A DNA stretch of 49,377 nucleotides from Lysobacterales bacterium (GCA_022844165.1 JALHMH010000034.1:1-49377), one strand, 5' to 3'; positions 9,383-19,378 are shown, counted from the first letter of the stretch. Notes: a model not told the origin generated them from the sequence alone. A program made the numbers and translations.

Positions 9383-10047
9383 GCGACCCGACGCCCACCA
9401 TCAAGGCGCATTTGCCGTTGGCAACGTGCCGCCAGTTTCGGATCATGCGTGACCAGCACCAGTGCCGTGCCGCAGGAGCTCAAATCGAATAGCAAATTGC
9501 TGACGCGTGCGCCCGTGGCCTGGTCGAGGTTGCCGGTCGGTTCGTCGGCGAACAGCAGTACGGGTTCGACAGCAAACGCTCTTGCGATTGCGACACGCTG
9601 CTGCTCACCGCCGGATAGCTGCCGCGGCAAGTGATCCAACCGATGCCCCAGGCCGACCTTTTCGAGTGCCGAGCGGGCGCGCTGCATGGCGCCATCGATC
9701 CCAGCCAGTTCCAGCGGTGCCGCCACGTTTTCGAGGGCCGTGAAACTCGGCAATAAGTGAAAGGCCTGAAATACGAAGCCGACGCGGCCCAGTCGCAGCG
9801 CTGCTCGGCCGTCTTCATCGAGCGTAGCAAGATCACTTCCGAACAGCCGCAGTTTACCGCGTGTGGGCTGGTCGAGGCCCGCAAGCAGAGACAACAAAGT
9901 TGTTTTCCCGGAGCCCGATTCGCCGATGATCGCCAAAGACTCACCTTGCGCCACGCTTAACGTGATGTCGTCCAGCACGGTTAATTCACCCGCCGCTGTG
10001 ACAACGGTTTTGCTAAGTTGTGCGGCTTCGATCAGAGGTTCGGTCAT
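9379..10047 (-). CDS. ybbA: ABC transporter ATP-binding protein, YbbA family
   Basis: GESGSGKT, LSGGEQQR, LFADEPTGNLD; realistic start MTEPLIEA at 10047. Confidence 0.9.
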   Translation of the reverse strand: MTEPLIEAAQLSKTVVTAAGELTVLDDITLSVAQGESLAIIGESGSGKTTLLSLLAGLDQPTRGKLRLFGSDLATLDEDGRAALRLGRVGFVFQAFHLLPSFTALENVAAPLELAGIDGAMQRARSALEKVGLGHRLDHLPRQLSGGEQQRVAIARAFAVEPVLLFADEPTGNLDQATGARVSNLLFDLSSCGTALVLVTHDPKLAARCQRQMRLDGGRRVA

Positions 10048-10654
10048 GCGTCCATTCTTGTTTTGGTGTTTGGTGAGTTTTGCCGGACTTGCCGCAGCAG
10101 AGCCGAGCAAAGTGTTGATCTTGGGCGATAGCTTGAGCGCTGCATACAACCTTCGCGCTGAACAAGGTTGGGTCAGTTTATTGAACGACAAGCTGCAAGC
10201 ATCGCAACCGCAGCGCTGGCAAGTTGTGAACGCCAGCATCAGTGGCGAAACCACGTCCGGCGGACTGTCGCGATTGCCTGTTGCATTGCAAACGCATCGG
10301 CCGAAATTGGTGATCATCGCGCTTGGCGCCAACGATGGTCTGCGAGGTTTACAACTGGACGCGGTGCGCAGCAATCTGACGAACATGGTGCAGATGGCCC
10401 AACGCTCTGGCGCCGCTGTCGCGCTGATCGGCATCGAAATCCCGCCGAACTACGGCGAAGCCTACCGCAACCGATTCCGCGCGGTTTTCACCGCGGTTGC
10501 CGCCGCAGAGAACGTGCCTTTGTTGCCCTTCTTGCTGGTCGATATTGCAGAGGACTTAGGCAACTTCCAAGATGACCTGATCCACCCTACGGCGGCTGCA
10601 CAGCCGCAAATTCTGGCGACCGTCTGGCCCTGGCTTGAGCCGCAACTGCGATAG
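10046..10654 (+). CDS. tesA: Arylesterase/acyl-CoA thioesterase I (SGNH hydrolase)
   Basis: Signal peptide; GDSLS, NASISG, GANDG and DxIHP blocks; divergent from ybbA. Confidence 0.9.
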   Translation: MRPFLFWCLVSFAGLAAAEPSKVLILGDSLSAAYNLRAEQGWVSLLNDKLQASQPQRWQVVNASISGETTSGGLSRLPVALQTHRPKLVIIALGANDGLRGLQLDAVRSNLTNMVQMAQRSGAAVALIGIEIPPNYGEAYRNRFRAVFTAVAAAENVPLLPFLLVDIAEDLGNFQDDLIHPTAAAQPQILATVWPWLEPQLR

Positions 10655-10750
10655 GCATTCGGGTGGGTGGCGCTCCGCGGCGCCGGTTGAGTTGCGGCAG
10701 TTGGCGCAGGCACCGCGGGCGCGGCGCTCTGCGCTGTGCTCTGAGCGATA

Positions 10751-12349
10751 TCAGAGATTCTGATAATTCGGCCCGCTACCGCCCTGCGGGGTGACCCAGT
10801 TGATGATCTGGTACGGGTCCTTGATGTCGCAGGTCTTGCAATGCACGCAGTTGCTGGCATTGATTTGCAGGCGTTTCCCCGCCTCATCGTCAACCATTTC
10901 GTAGACACCAGCGGGGCAGAAGCGCGTGCAGGGGTTCTGATACTCGTCGGCGCATTGCGTGATGCAGATCGATGGATCGGCCACGTGCAAGTGAATCGGT
11001 TGATCTTCATCGTGAGCGGTCGATGCGTAATACACGCCCTGTAACCGGTCGCGCGGCGGAAGCGTGCGCTCGACCCAATCGCGCCTTGGAATTTCCATCG
11101 TCGCCACTTTTTCGAGCTGACTGTAGTCGGCGCGGTTGCGCAGCGTCCATGGGCTGGCGCCGCCGAGCACTGTCTCGAAGCCCGCATTGACCAGGCCCGC
11201 CCACAGGCCCTTCTTGAACGCCGGTTTGATGTTGCGAACTTTGCGCAGTTCGCTCATCACCACCGATCCCCGCAGCTTCGCATCCCAGCCTTCGCTGCGG
11301 CCCTTCTCGGCGATGTGTTCGGCAGCCAACATGCCAGAGCGGATCGCTTGATGGGTGCCTTTGATCTTCGGCACATTCAGTAAGCCAGCACCATCGCCAA
11401 TCATCAGCGCACCGGGCATTTCGACTTTGGGCAGCGATTGGTAGCCACCGGTGGCGATCGCCCGAGCGCCGGCCGACATGATTGTGCCTTCGTCGAGCAA
11501 TGATCTGATGAATGGGTGGTGTTTGAGTTGTTGGAACGCCTCGTAAGGCTGGAACATCGGATCTTTGTAATCCAACCCGCTGACCAGGCCGATGGCGATT
11601 CGATCCTGATCGAGGTGGTACAAAAAACTGCCGCCGTAGGTTTTGTTGTCGAGCGGCCAGCCGAGCGTGTGGACGATCAAACCCGGTTCGACTTTTCCCG
11701 GTTTGAGCTGCCACAGCTCCTTGATGCCGATCGAGTACGTTTGTGGATCGCTCTCGGCGTCAAGGTTGAAACGTTTGACCAGTTGTTTGCTCAAGTGACC
11801 GCGCGCGCCCTCGGCCAGTACCGTCACGCCGCCGTGGATATCGATGCCGGCCATGTAGTCGGGTTTGGGCTGGCCGTCTTTGCCGATGCCCATATCGCCG
11901 ATGCGCACACCGATCACTTTGCCAGCCGCATCGACCAGTGCTTCAGCGGCGGCAAAACCGGGAAAGACCTCGACGCCGAGCGCTTCGGCCTGCGGCGCCA
12001 TCCAGGCGCACATTGCGCCGAGCGAAACGATGAAGTTGCCGTCGTTATGCATCTGCGGCGGCGTGGGCATCGAATACGCTTTGGTCTTGGTTAAGAAACG
12101 GAAGTCATCGCGTTTAGCCGGCACACAAACCGGCGGCGGCGAGTTGCGCCATCCTGGCAACAACGCATCGAGCGGCGCCGGCTCGATCACCGCACCAGAG
12201 AGAATTTGCGCGCCGATGGCCGATGCCTTTTCGATCACACAAACCGAGATTTCGGGTTTGATTTGTTTGAGACGAATCGCGCAGGCCAGACCCGCCGGGC
12301 CGCCGCCGACGATCACCACGTCGTATTGCATCACTTCTCGCTCGCTCAT
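10751..12349 (-). CDS. Electron transfer flavoprotein-ubiquinone oxidoreductase
   Basis: GGGPAG FAD motif; KIKGTH; C-terminal FCPAGVYE..NCVHCKTC 4Fe-4S motif; WVTPQGGSGPNY. Confidence 0.95.
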   Translation of the reverse strand: MSEREVMQYDVVIVGGGPAGLACAIRLKQIKPEISVCVIEKASAIGAQILSGAVIEPAPLDALLPGWRNSPPPVCVPAKRDDFRFLTKTKAYSMPTPPQMHNDGNFIVSLGAMCAWMAPQAEALGVEVFPGFAAAEALVDAAGKVIGVRIGDMGIGKDGQPKPDYMAGIDIHGGVTVLAEGARGHLSKQLVKRFNLDAESDPQTYSIGIKELWQLKPGKVEPGLIVHTLGWPLDNKTYGGSFLYHLDQDRIAIGLVSGLDYKDPMFQPYEAFQQLKHHPFIRSLLDEGTIMSAGARAIATGGYQSLPKVEMPGALMIGDGAGLLNVPKIKGTHQAIRSGMLAAEHIAEKGRSEGWDAKLRGSVVMSELRKVRNIKPAFKKGLWAGLVNAGFETVLGGASPWTLRNRADYSQLEKVATMEIPRRDWVERTLPPRDRLQGVYYASTAHDEDQPIHLHVADPSICITQCADEYQNPCTRFCPAGVYEMVDDEAGKRLQINASNCVHCKTCDIKDPYQIINWVTPQGGSGPNYQNL

Positions 12350-12580
12350 GGCGTCAGGCTCTGGGCGTATGGGGACGGATGAGTATAGGAGCGGAGCGTG
12401 GTCGGAAACGTAAAGAGCGGTTCGGATGACTCCCGCGTGCGCATCCTCAGGGGGTTCATGTTTCCTAGTCGGGAGCTCCGGGCTGGCGACATCCGAACTG
12501 CTTCTGGTATTCGCAACGGCGCTTCACTATCCGTCCTTGAGGCCGTACCATGCCGCGCTTAGCAACTCAGTCGGCGCACT

Positions 12581-13516
12581 ATGGCTCATATCACCCTTCT
12601 TGGCGGCACTGGTTTTGTCGGTAGCCATCTGGTCGATGCGCTGCACGCCACCGGCGCGAGCATCGATGTGTTATCGCGAAATCGCGAGCGGTTGCGGCAC
12701 CTGAGCGTGTTTCCGCGCGTCCGTGTGTTGTCCACCGATGTCTACAACGTCGATGCCTTGGCCGCTCGGATGGCCGGCGCCGACGTGGTGATCAATCTGA
12801 TCGGCGTTCTGCAGAGCGATGGTTTTGGTGCGGCCAGTTTTGAACGCGCTCATGTGCAGCTGACCGATATTCTGATCGATGCCATGAAAGCCAGCGGTCG
12901 GCGACGATTGCTGCAGATGAGTTCTCTGCGCGCCGGTGAGGGTACGAGCCACTACTTGCGTACTCGCGGTTTGGCCGAAGTGCGCGTGAAGACGTCAGGT
13001 CTCGATTGGACGATTTTCCAACCCAGTGTCATCTTCGGTCGCGGCGATGGCCTGTACACGCGATTCGCGGGATTGCTCAAACTGGCGCCGGTGATTCCGC
13101 TGGCGCGATCTGGCGCCAGATTCCAACCGGTGTATGTGAAGGACGTGGTCGCGGCAATGCTGCACGCCGTGCGCCATGCGTCGACCATTGGCCACGTCTA
13201 TCCGCTGGTCGGCCCGAATGTTTACACGCTAAAGCAGATCGTCGATTACACCGCGTCGGTGTTGGGGCTCAAGCGTCTGGTCATACCCTTGCCCGATGCT
13301 CTCGGCAGGTTGCAAGGTGCGGCTTTCGACATGCTCCCCGCGGCATTGAAGCCATTCTCCAGCGACAACTTCAAGTCGCTGCAGCTTGATAGCACCTCAG
13401 AACGCAGTGGACTGGCCGAACTAGGCATCAAGGCCACGTCGCCAGAGCTGATTGTGCCCGACTATCTGGGCCATCAGCTGCAAGAGACGCTCGATCGGTA
13501 TCGCCGCGATCGTTAA
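12581..13516 (+). CDS. Complex I NDUFA9-like NAD(P)-binding SDR protein
   Basis: GGTGFVG Rossmann motif; PSVIFG; FQPVYVKDV. Confidence 0.85.
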   Translation: MAHITLLGGTGFVGSHLVDALHATGASIDVLSRNRERLRHLSVFPRVRVLSTDVYNVDALAARMAGADVVINLIGVLQSDGFGAASFERAHVQLTDILIDAMKASGRRRLLQMSSLRAGEGTSHYLRTRGLAEVRVKTSGLDWTIFQPSVIFGRGDGLYTRFAGLLKLAPVIPLARSGARFQPVYVKDVVAAMLHAVRHASTIGHVYPLVGPNVYTLKQIVDYTASVLGLKRLVIPLPDALGRLQGAAFDMLPAALKPFSSDNFKSLQLDSTSERSGLAELGIKATSPELIVPDYLGHQLQETLDRYRRDR

Positions 13517-13565
13517 CTCCGTTGGCGTCGCGCCCGGCAATCAGGATTGCCCCGAGACGCTGGCG

Positions 13566-14348
13566 TCAATCCAGCTGTGGCCAGATTGCGGCATCCAGGG
13601 TTTCGCGATACGCGTGCCAAGCCGAATACGCTAACCACGGCATGATCACGACCAGGCCTAAGTAAGCTGTGAGAAATCCGAGAAGTGTCAGAATCGCAAT
13701 CAATGCCGCCCACAAGAGCATCGTGCGTTTGTTGCGCAGGACGGCATTAACGCTTGAACCGCACGCGGTGATCATGTCTACATCGCGATCGGCGATCATC
13801 GGCAGGGAAAAAGCTGCGGTGGCAAAGGTAAACGCAGCAAACACAGAGCCGACCGCCGAGCCGATGGCAAGAAACTCGATGATCGAGGCCCAGTCATTGG
13901 CTTCGAATGGCACAAAAATGGTCACCATCATCCCAGCGCGAGACCAGACCAACAGGATCACCAGTTGCGCCAACGCAAAAACGCCCGCCTGCGCGACGAC
14001 GCGTCTGGCAAGGATGAAGGACTTGGCCAATGTGGGCGTTCGGCCCTGCGCCAACTCGCGACTGACGCAATACAGGCCAACCGCTATGAGCGGTGCGATA
14101 AACACGAATCCCGACAGCAGCGCTGCCAGCAGAGCGAATCGCCCGAGTTGCCATGCGAGGTAGGAAACGCCCAGGCTGACCATCAGAATCACGCCACCGA
14201 AGAGCAGGGTCAGCGCTGGTGCCCGGCGAAGATCTCGCCAGCCCGCGGCCAGCCATCGCCATGGGGCGTCTGACGCCAGGGTGGCACACGGCACAACGAA
14301 AGGCCGCGGCTGTTGAAGCGACTGCGATGCGTCTCGATCCTCGTCCAT
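13566..14348 (-). CDS. DUF2189-family integral membrane protein
   Basis: PWRWLAAGWRD N-terminus, PLIAVGLY and WHAYRE motifs; about 6 TM helices. Confidence 0.75.
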   Translation of the reverse strand: MDEDRDASQSLQQPRPFVVPCATLASDAPWRWLAAGWRDLRRAPALTLLFGGVILMVSLGVSYLAWQLGRFALLAALLSGFVFIAPLIAVGLYCVSRELAQGRTPTLAKSFILARRVVAQAGVFALAQLVILLVWSRAGMMVTIFVPFEANDWASIIEFLAIGSAVGSVFAAFTFATAAFSLPMIADRDVDMITACGSSVNAVLRNKRTMLLWAALIAILTLLGFLTAYLGLVVIMPWLAYSAWHAYRETLDAAIWPQLD

Positions 14349-14425
14349 TTTGCGTGTGCCCAGTCGCCTGAACCGCGGCCAATGGTAGTGAGTAAGACAG
14401 AGTCAGGCAACGCGGCGCCTGACGC

Positions 14426-14857
14426 TCAGCGCTCCACCCGAATCGCGCGAAACTCGCCGGGACGCATCGTCCAATCGAAAGTCTCGCGAGACTTGAGATG
14501 GAAATCTGCGGTCAGCGTGCCGGGCGAAGCGTCCGTAATCAGAATCTCCACATGGACTTTTTGTCGCACCAGATCGCTCTGGGTGACCGGGCCGCTGAGG
14601 CTGGTGAGATAGGCGATCCGCTCGCCAATGGAGCGTGGTTTCGACGGCATGATCGTGGCGTCGCCGACTTGGCCGGAAAGCGTCAGATCGGTGTCGATCG
14701 TCAACTCGAATCGCAGAGGTGGCAGCTGCTGACGAAGCTTCACTTCATAGTAGCGGCCCGTTGCCCGCCAGTCACCTGGGAGCAAGGAAGGGTCAGGGTT
14801 TTGCGCCGCGGCGAATGCCGGTAGTGCGAAGGCCAACAGGAGTATGTTGCGCATCAT
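14426..14857 (-). CDS. Hypothetical secreted protein
   Basis: MMRNILLLAFALPAFAAA signal peptide followed by a beta-rich domain. Confidence 0.6.
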   Translation of the reverse strand: MMRNILLLAFALPAFAAAQNPDPSLLPGDWRATGRYYEVKLRQQLPPLRFELTIDTDLTLSGQVGDATIMPSKPRSIGERIAYLTSLSGPVTQSDLVRQKVHVEILITDASPGTLTADFHLKSRETFDWTMRPGEFRAIRVER

Positions 14858-14995
14858 TCTCGATCCGGACGGACGATGGAGCTGAAATTTCTGCAAATAG
14901 CGGCTTTCCAGGGCGGGGGTGAGGAAAATCGGGATTCCCCGCAACGCTGCCGAGCGAAGCTGACTGTCGGAGGCGAGGCCTCGCTCGAGCCTGGG

Positions 14996-15364
14996 TCAGC
15001 TCTGGAGCACCCAATACGGCAGGCCGATCGTCAGGGCCGCGATCGCCAGAACGGCTAACAGAACCAGTGCCATGCGTACCGGCTCTGCTCGACACGCTTG
15101 CCAGAGATTCGGGGCCTCGCCACGTTCTTGAGCTTCTCGCCATTCGTCTTTTGCCCGCTGTTGTCGCTCAGCCTGATACGACTCGATCAGTTCCCTGGCC
15201 GGATCCACCGCCGCGGCATCGTGAGTCCACAAGCCGCCGGCGGAAATGCCCCACCGGTTCGGCTCGGTTTCGTAGAACTCGACGCGGTGCGATCGCAGCA
15301 GTGCCCGGACTTCTTCCGCTTCGTCTTCAGGCACATGACGTAAGCCGAAAAGCAAATGGGACAT
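14996..15364 (-). CDS. DUF6164-like membrane-anchored protein
   Basis: LLFGLRHVPEDEAEEVRALL..FYET...WGIS N-terminus; C-terminal TM helix. Confidence 0.7.
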   Translation of the reverse strand: MSHLLFGLRHVPEDEAEEVRALLRSHRVEFYETEPNRWGISAGGLWTHDAAAVDPARELIESYQAERQQRAKDEWREAQERGEAPNLWQACRAEPVRMALVLLAVLAIAALTIGLPYWVLQS

Positions 15365-15418
15365 ATCAGAACCTGTGCGCGAAAGAGCGCATTGTGCCGG
15401 TTCGTGCGACTACGTGTG

Positions 15419-16714
15419 TCATGGCATCGCGCCAGGGACGAGGCGCGAAGCTGGGAAAATGCAGCGAAACGTACTGCCCTTGCCGAGCGTGCTTTCGATT
15501 TCCAGCCGCGCACCATGTGCGCTGAGCACATGTTTGACGATGGCCAGACCCAGGCCAGTACCGCCGCTATCGCGTGATCGCGAGTTAGACACGCGATAAA
15601 AGCGCTCGGTCAGGCGCGGGATATGTTGGGCTGCAATCCCCTGTCCGGTGTCGATGACACTAAATGCCGTGCCCTCCGCGTGCAGGCCGTAGTGCAGATC
15701 GATTCGTCCGCCCGTGGGCGTGTAGCGAACGGCGTTGACGACCAGATTGGAGAATGCGCTGTGCAGGTCTTTTCCGGAGCCTACGATGTCCAAAGTCGCT
15801 TCGCAGGTCAGTCTGATCTGATGCTGACCCTGGCTCAGCGCTTCGGCATCACGATGGATGCGTTCCAGCATCGGGCAGATCGCGGCGGGTTCATCGCGCG
15901 GCGCCGATTGCGATTCGAGTCGCGACAATGTCAGCAGATCTTCGACGATGTGCGACATGCGGCGGCTTTGTTGCCGCATTTCCAGAAACAGGGGCGCAAA
16001 CTCGTTGAGCTCCTCAGGTTCGATCGCCTCCAGATAGCCGCTGATCACTGTGAGCGGCGTCCGCAGTTCATGTGAGACGTTGGCCACAAAATCCCTGCGC
16101 ACTTGTTCAAGACGCATGAGGTTGCTGACATCGCGCACGATCAACATGCGCAGACCAGGGCGGTAGGCGATCAGCCGATACAGGAGTCGAACACGCTCGT
16201 CCTGTGGCGCTGGTTGATCGATGAGCGGATCGTCGAATCGGCCCTCGCTCAGCCAGCGAACGAATGCCGGGGCGCGGACCAGATGATCGAGGCGCTGATC
16301 GACATCCGCCGGATAACGCAGACCCAGCAATCGTTTGGCAGATTTGTTGAACCAGTGGATTTGATTGTCTTCGTCGATGGCGATCAAACCATCGGGCAAC
16401 GCGCGCGCAGCATCGCGAAAGGCCTCCAGAGCGTGCAGCAACCGTTTGCGTCGCTGCCGATCCAGCTTGCGCCGGCGCTCCAGCGCATCGAAGACCGGTT
16501 GCCAGGCGCCGAAACCCTCCGGAACGCTCATGTCGCGGGAGCCAAGCCAGCGCTGCAGGCGCAGCAGTTGCCGCAGCTGCAAGCTTGCGAACAGCAGCAG
16601 GCCCATCGCGGCGCCCCAGCCGGCGTAGCCAAACAAGAAACCGATTGCGGCACCGCTACCCGCCAAACCGACCATCGACAGCAAACTGCGCTCGGTGGCG
16701 CGTGGCGTTTTCAA
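15419..16714 (-). CDS. phoR: Phosphate regulon sensor histidine kinase
   Basis: PAS domain; DFVANVSHELRTPLT H-box; NAVRYT; RFYRV..SR.SGGTGLGL; directly downstream of phoB. Confidence 0.95.
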   Translation of the reverse strand: MKTPRATERSLLSMVGLAGSGAAIGFLFGYAGWGAAMGLLLFASLQLRQLLRLQRWLGSRDMSVPEGFGAWQPVFDALERRRKLDRQRRKRLLHALEAFRDAARALPDGLIAIDEDNQIHWFNKSAKRLLGLRYPADVDQRLDHLVRAPAFVRWLSEGRFDDPLIDQPAPQDERVRLLYRLIAYRPGLRMLIVRDVSNLMRLEQVRRDFVANVSHELRTPLTVISGYLEAIEPEELNEFAPLFLEMRQQSRRMSHIVEDLLTLSRLESQSAPRDEPAAICPMLERIHRDAEALSQGQHQIRLTCEATLDIVGSGKDLHSAFSNLVVNAVRYTPTGGRIDLHYGLHAEGTAFSVIDTGQGIAAQHIPRLTERFYRVSNSRSRDSGGTGLGLAIVKHVLSAHGARLEIESTLGKGSTFRCIFPASRLVPGAMP

Positions 16715-16746
16715 CCTGGCAACCTCAGGTGAACGGGGTCAAGAGC

Positions 16747-17439
16747 CTATCCCACGGTGGTCGAAAAGCGGTACCCGGCACCACGCACGGTCTGCACATA
16801 GTCTTCCAGACCAAAGGGTTCCATGCTCTTGCGCAGGCGACGGATATGGACATCTACCGTGCGTTCCTCTACGTATACGCCGCTGCCCCAGACGTTATCG
16901 AGCAATTGGCTGCGGGTATACACCCGTTCTGGGTGGGTCATGAAAAAGCTCAGCAAACGGTATTCCGTCGGTCCTAACTGGACTGGTTTATCGTTGGCAA
17001 ATACACGATGGCTCAAGGTGTCCAGAGTCAGACCGCCAAGTGAGACGGTCTGACCTTCGCCGTGCGGCTGGGTGCGACGCAGCACAGCGCGGATGCGTGC
17101 AATGAGTTCGCGGGTGGAGAAAGGTTTGATGATGTAGTCGTCGACGCCTGCGTCCAGGCCGATCACGCGATCATCTTCCTCGCCACGGGCAGTGAGCATG
17201 ATGATTGGTATTTCTCGGGTCAGTTCTTCGCGGCGCAGGCGGCGAGCGTACTCAAGTCCGCTGCTGCCGGGCAGCATCCAATCGAGCAGAATCAAGTCCG
17301 GCAGCTTGTCTGCGATCAAGTGCTGCGCGATCCGCGTGTCCTCTGCCAGCATCGGCACCAGGCTCGCGCGCTTTAAGGCGAAGGCGATCATGTCGCGAAT
17401 CGCCGACTCATCCTCAACTACCAACACGCGCTGTTCCAC
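16747..17439 (-). CDS. phoB: Phosphate regulon response regulator
   Basis: LLDWMLPG; GPTEYRLL; VYVEERTVDVHIRRLRK; VQTVRGAGYRFS. Confidence 0.95.
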   Translation of the reverse strand: MEQRVLVVEDESAIRDMIAFALKRASLVPMLAEDTRIAQHLIADKLPDLILLDWMLPGSSGLEYARRLRREELTREIPIIMLTARGEEDDRVIGLDAGVDDYIIKPFSTRELIARIRAVLRRTQPHGEGQTVSLGGLTLDTLSHRVFANDKPVQLGPTEYRLLSFFMTHPERVYTRSQLLDNVWGSGVYVEERTVDVHIRRLRKSMEPFGLEDYVQTVRGAGYRFSTTVG

Positions 17440-17475
17440 AGCGACTCTCCGATTCCGTCAGAACCCGCACATTGA

Positions 17476-17504
17476 AAGACGAAAATATGACGTCAGTGTG
17501 ACGA
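17476..17504 (-). promoter_or_regulatory. Pho box upstream of phoB
   Basis: Minus strand reads GTCAC-actgac-GTCAT-attttc-GTCTT, three units at exact 11 bp spacing. Confidence 0.7.
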
Positions 17505-17506
17505 TG

Positions 17507-18157
17507 TCACATTTTTCGTATCAATATTCGAGCGATGAGTGCGACAAGTAATGTGGCAAGAATCTGCGACAGCACAAAGCCGGGCACGTCGGCAACGCGA
17601 ATTCCGGCGAAGGTATCGGTCATGGATCGCGCCAGCGTCACGGCCGGGTTGGCGAATGAGGTACTGGCCGTGAACCAGTACGCGGCGAAAATGTAACTTG
17701 CGATCAGCGTTGGCAGGGCGGTAGGCGCGTGGCGCCGGCCGAGCATTATCGTTGTCAGCAATCCGCCCGTGGCGACGGCTTCGCTCACCCATTGGGCGCC
17801 GCCCGTGCGGACTTTGCCCGCTGCCTGAAAAAGCGACAAGTCGAACATCGCATGCGCCAGGACGACGCCGGCGACCGCGCCAACCAGTTGCGCTGCGACA
17901 AACGCGGCGGCGCGTACATTGTCGATTTCGCCGAGCATGCGCATCAGTAGCGTGACGCACGGGTTGAAGTGCGCACCGCTGATGGGGCCGACCAACACGA
18001 TGAGTACGTATAACCCGGCGCCTGTTGCGGCCGCATTCGCCAGCAGCGCAACCGCCGGTGCATTCGGCGCCAGGGTGTCGCCCATGATGCCGGAGCCCAC
18101 GACAATGGCGAGCAGTGCCATCGTCCCCAGTGCTTCGGCGATCGCCGCCCTAGCCAC
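17507..18157 (-). CDS. MIP/aquaglyceroporin, AqpS-like arsenite channel
   Basis: AEALGT; SGAHFNPC; YWFTASTSFANPAVT; last gene of the ars operon; GTG start at 18157 (or 18163). Confidence 0.85.
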   Translation of the reverse strand: MARAAIAEALGTMALLAIVVGSGIMGDTLAPNAPAVALLANAAATGAGLYVLIVLVGPISGAHFNPCVTLLMRMLGEIDNVRAAAFVAAQLVGAVAGVVLAHAMFDLSLFQAAGKVRTGGAQWVSEAVATGGLLTTIMLGRRHAPTALPTLIASYIFAAYWFTASTSFANPAVTLARSMTDTFAGIRVADVPGFVLSQILATLLVALIARILIRKM

Positions 18158-18998
18158 TTGCACAGCAGAGCCTGCAGGAAATGAGCTGACGCCAGTAGCC
18201 GGCTGTGGCCGGATATTTGCGACGGCTGGCGGCGAACAAACCCAGTGCGCCAACCTCACCTGGCGTACGCCACGTACCGAAGATCTGATCCCACAGGATC
18301 AATGCGTTGCCATAGTTGGCATGGCCATCGTGTTCATCTGCGGCGTGATGCCAGCGGTGCAGTTGATTGGTGCTGAAAACCCAGTTCCAGAATCCGTGCC
18401 TCAAGTCAGCGTTGGCGTGCTGCAGCATGAGCACCGGCTGGGTGAATGCCAGGTAGGCAATCACCGCCTCGCTGGACGCGCCGATCAACAGCGCCGGCAG
18501 AACGGCCAGGCCGTTGATCAGGTAGTTGAGGGGATGAATCCGGAAATTGTTCCAGGTATTGAGTTTCTCAGGGCTGTGATGCATTGCATGCAGGCACCAC
18601 AGCAAACCGAATCGATGGTGCGCCAGGTGCGAGAGGTACTTGCCGAACTCGATCAATAAAGTCACGGCCACAACCTCGGCCAACAGCGGCCAGTTCGACG
18701 GGGCCGATGGATACAGCGCCACCACAACCAACGGCAGCGACAACTTCAGCAACGGATCGACCGCCCCAATCGCCACCGCCGCACTGCAAAGATCGCTGCG
18801 CAGTTCGGCGCCCGTTTCGCGCCACGTCGCGCGATACGGCCAGATGCGCTCGGCCAAAAACGCGGTACCAAGCGCGATCAGCGATCCGACCAGCACAGCC
18901 AGTTCACTCGCAACGCCAATCTGCGGCGCAATCGCATACAGCAAGACGCTTTGTAAGATCACCATGGGCAAGAGATGAGCCTGCAAGAACGTCCTCAT
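18150..18998 (-). CDS. Sterol desaturase/fatty acid hydroxylase superfamily di-iron membrane enzyme
   Basis: His boxes HLAHH, HAMHH, QHAN, HRWHH; NYG..LILWDQIFGT; ATG overlaps the arsC stop (ATGA). Confidence 0.85.
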   Translation of the reverse strand: MRTFLQAHLLPMVILQSVLLYAIAPQIGVASELAVLVGSLIALGTAFLAERIWPYRATWRETGAELRSDLCSAAVAIGAVDPLLKLSLPLVVVALYPSAPSNWPLLAEVVAVTLLIEFGKYLSHLAHHRFGLLWCLHAMHHSPEKLNTWNNFRIHPLNYLINGLAVLPALLIGASSEAVIAYLAFTQPVLMLQHANADLRHGFWNWVFSTNQLHRWHHAADEHDGHANYGNALILWDQIFGTWRTPGEVGALGLFAASRRKYPATAGYWRQLISCRLCCASG

Positions 18999-19378
18999 AA
19001 TTGCTCCAGAAGTGCGCGCACACGGTTGGCAATGTCGTCGCGAACGGCGCGGTAACCGTCTTCGTCCATATGCCTGGGGTCTTGGAGTGCCCAGTCTTCC
19101 TGGTGTCGAGCGGGCAGCCAGGGGCACGCGTCACCACAGCCCATGGTGATGACTGCGTCAAACTCGCCCGAGATTTCATCGAGTGATTTTGAGCGATGCC
19201 CGCTCAAGTCGATCCCGACCTCCGCCATGTAATGCACGGCCTTTGGATTGATCACGCCCGAGGGCCGGGAGCCGGCGCTCAAGGCCTCGACGTTGGCGCC
19301 ACCGAAGTGGCGCGCAAACCCCTGGGCCATCTGGCTGCGGTTGGCGTTTTCGACGCACACAAATAACACGCGTTTCAT
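18995..19378 (-). CDS. arsC: Arsenate reductase, LMW-PTP/thioredoxin type
   Basis: CVENANRSQMA P-loop; TMGCGDACP resolving cysteines; W.L.DP. Confidence 0.9.
   Translation of the reverse strand: MKRVLFVCVENANRSQMAQGFARHFGGANVEALSAGSRPSGVINPKAVHYMAEVGIDLSGHRSKSLDEISGEFDAVITMGCGDACPWLPARHQEDWALQDPRHMDEDGYRAVRDDIANRVRALLEQL

Noticed and set aside
10048-10434. Apparent long N-terminal extension of the YbbA ORF
   Set aside because: It is the antisense of tesA; ABC ATPase similarity starts at MTEPLIE (10047).
12445-12541. Possible structured RNA in the ETF-QO/NDUFA9 intergenic region
   Set aside because: Only a weak closing stem with G-U pairs; no riboswitch, 6S or SRP motif recognised. An Rfam search would be needed.
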